Source: Batkoa obscura
Lineage: Eukaryota
Assembly: GCA_030770535.1 (NCBI GenBank)
Contig: JASVEC010000023.1
Coordinates: 372,001-436,000, forward strand
Reading direction: 5' to 3'
DNA: 64,000 nucleotides
Part shown: positions 62,709-64,000 of the stretch, one piece after another
How the letters are laid out: each line of letters opens with the position of its first letter
Numbering within the stretch: position 1 is the first letter of the stretch
Notes under the pieces: model-generated
What the model saw: only the letters and a program-made list of their open reading frames with translations
The model's database searches: none
Told to the model about the DNA's origin: nothing
Made by a program: the position numbers and the translations under genes

Positions 62709-63057
62709 GGAGATGTTTTTTTTAGTTTCATTATTTTTTTCGATTTTTTAAGTACTATTTCAACAAAAAAAATCGTTGGTAAAATTACTAAATAAAAAAA
62801 TACATCCCCATATAACAAAATATAAGTAAATCGAAAAATGAGATTTATATCTATTTTGTTTTGTTGGACTTTTTATACTTTTTAGTAAACTATCATCCCT
62901 TTAAAAAGAACCTCAGTTTAAAACTAATTAAACTTTCTGTTCTTGTATTTTCACCAATTGGGGATATATTTTTATGTTTAAGAATTTTGCTATAATCTTT
63001 CCACTCAAATAGCGCTTGAAAAATGGAAAAAGTAATGAAACCAAAAAAAACAGCCCC
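62709..63057. mobile_element. Two MITE copies (62709-62809; 62960-63057 with AATT TSD)
   Basis: aatt|ggggatat...acagcccc|aatt. Confidence 0.87.
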
Positions 63058-64000
63058 AATTGTTCTTTTATTGTCATTAAAATTATTTTCATCTTTTTAT
63101 AACTTTATCTCTTAGTCAAAATAAATATCAAGTTTCCAACAAATCCTTTGTCATTACATTGTATAAAAGAATTTATTAAAATAAATTGAATAAATTTACT
63201 TCTATTTTATTTAGTTTAACTAAATAGTTTCATAACAAACATCATTACATAAGGTAATTATAGTCAAAGATTCACTAACTTTTTTCGAACTTCCAAAAGC
63301 TTTCATCTAAATATTTTATTGGCCAATAATAAAAATAAATAAAGAGACTTCAGATGACTAATTGCAGTAAAATTCAGTATAAGAAAACTCATTAAGGCCA
63401 TAACTTAAATATACATATTATGCATCTAATTGCTTATTTGATTTGGAAATAGTATAAGTGTTTTTATCAAAGCTTTTGATGGCCATAATATTACAATAAA
63501 TAGTATAGCCATTTAAGCAAAGTTATACATAGGGTTATGATTTAAGGTAAACATTATAATATGATAAATAATCTTCAAGATGCTTGTATGTTATGTGTTT
63601 GGATACATTGAATTTTGAAAAGCGGCTACCCTTTAATTGTATTATGATTTTTTATTAAGTAATGCAGTAAAAGCTTATTTTCTATAATTAAAAGATTCTA
63701 AATTTACATGTATTAAAGGACAGATACTAATTTAGATGTAATTGATGTATCTACTCAGTACTATATGGCGGGTTTTACCCCAATGTGTTTTTTAGTTAAA
63801 ACAATTTACATAATACTATAAAATTAATGATAATATTTACTTGGAGCTAATCGTGCCTATAAAATAATAGGTAGTTAATATCTTTTTTTGGTTTTTTTAC
63901 AGATACTTGTTTCAAACAAGCAGCTGATTTATTGTAATTCGCTTTTTTAATAAAGTTTATAGTTTTTTAAAGAGTTCAGTTGGTGATGTTTATCTTTTCA

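Overview
Very AT-rich eukaryotic DNA with short (~40-60 nt) GT-AG introns. The gene content fits an early-diverging fungus, most likely Entomophthoromycotina (Conidiobolus-like); this is an inference. Housekeeping genes are OXA1, glycine cleavage H protein, a carnitine-type mitochondrial carrier, RPA49, an MFS transporter and two tRNA-Pro(TGG). Accessory content: (1) two secreted Kunitz/BPTI-type inhibitor genes with six domains, all carrying 8 Cys; (2) nine intronless rhodopsin-like GPCR loci (6 intact, 1 truncated, 2 decayed); (3) a spliced ~770-aa protein with six tandem MerR/excisionase-like HTH repeats; (4) two intact 2464-bp Sola2-type DNA transposons with 4-bp TSDs, plus more than 25 related ~95-bp MITEs; (5) a nest of inverted duplications at 48.8-62.6 kb. 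That nest carries three identical copies of a 54-aa secreted precursor missing from the ORF track (signal peptide plus four 9-aa AI[A/P]SPP repeats), together with a secreted alpha/beta hydrolase. The repeat precursor, the 8-Cys Kunitz family and the six-HTH protein are the best candidates for undescribed biology. All calls were made by eye, without database searches.
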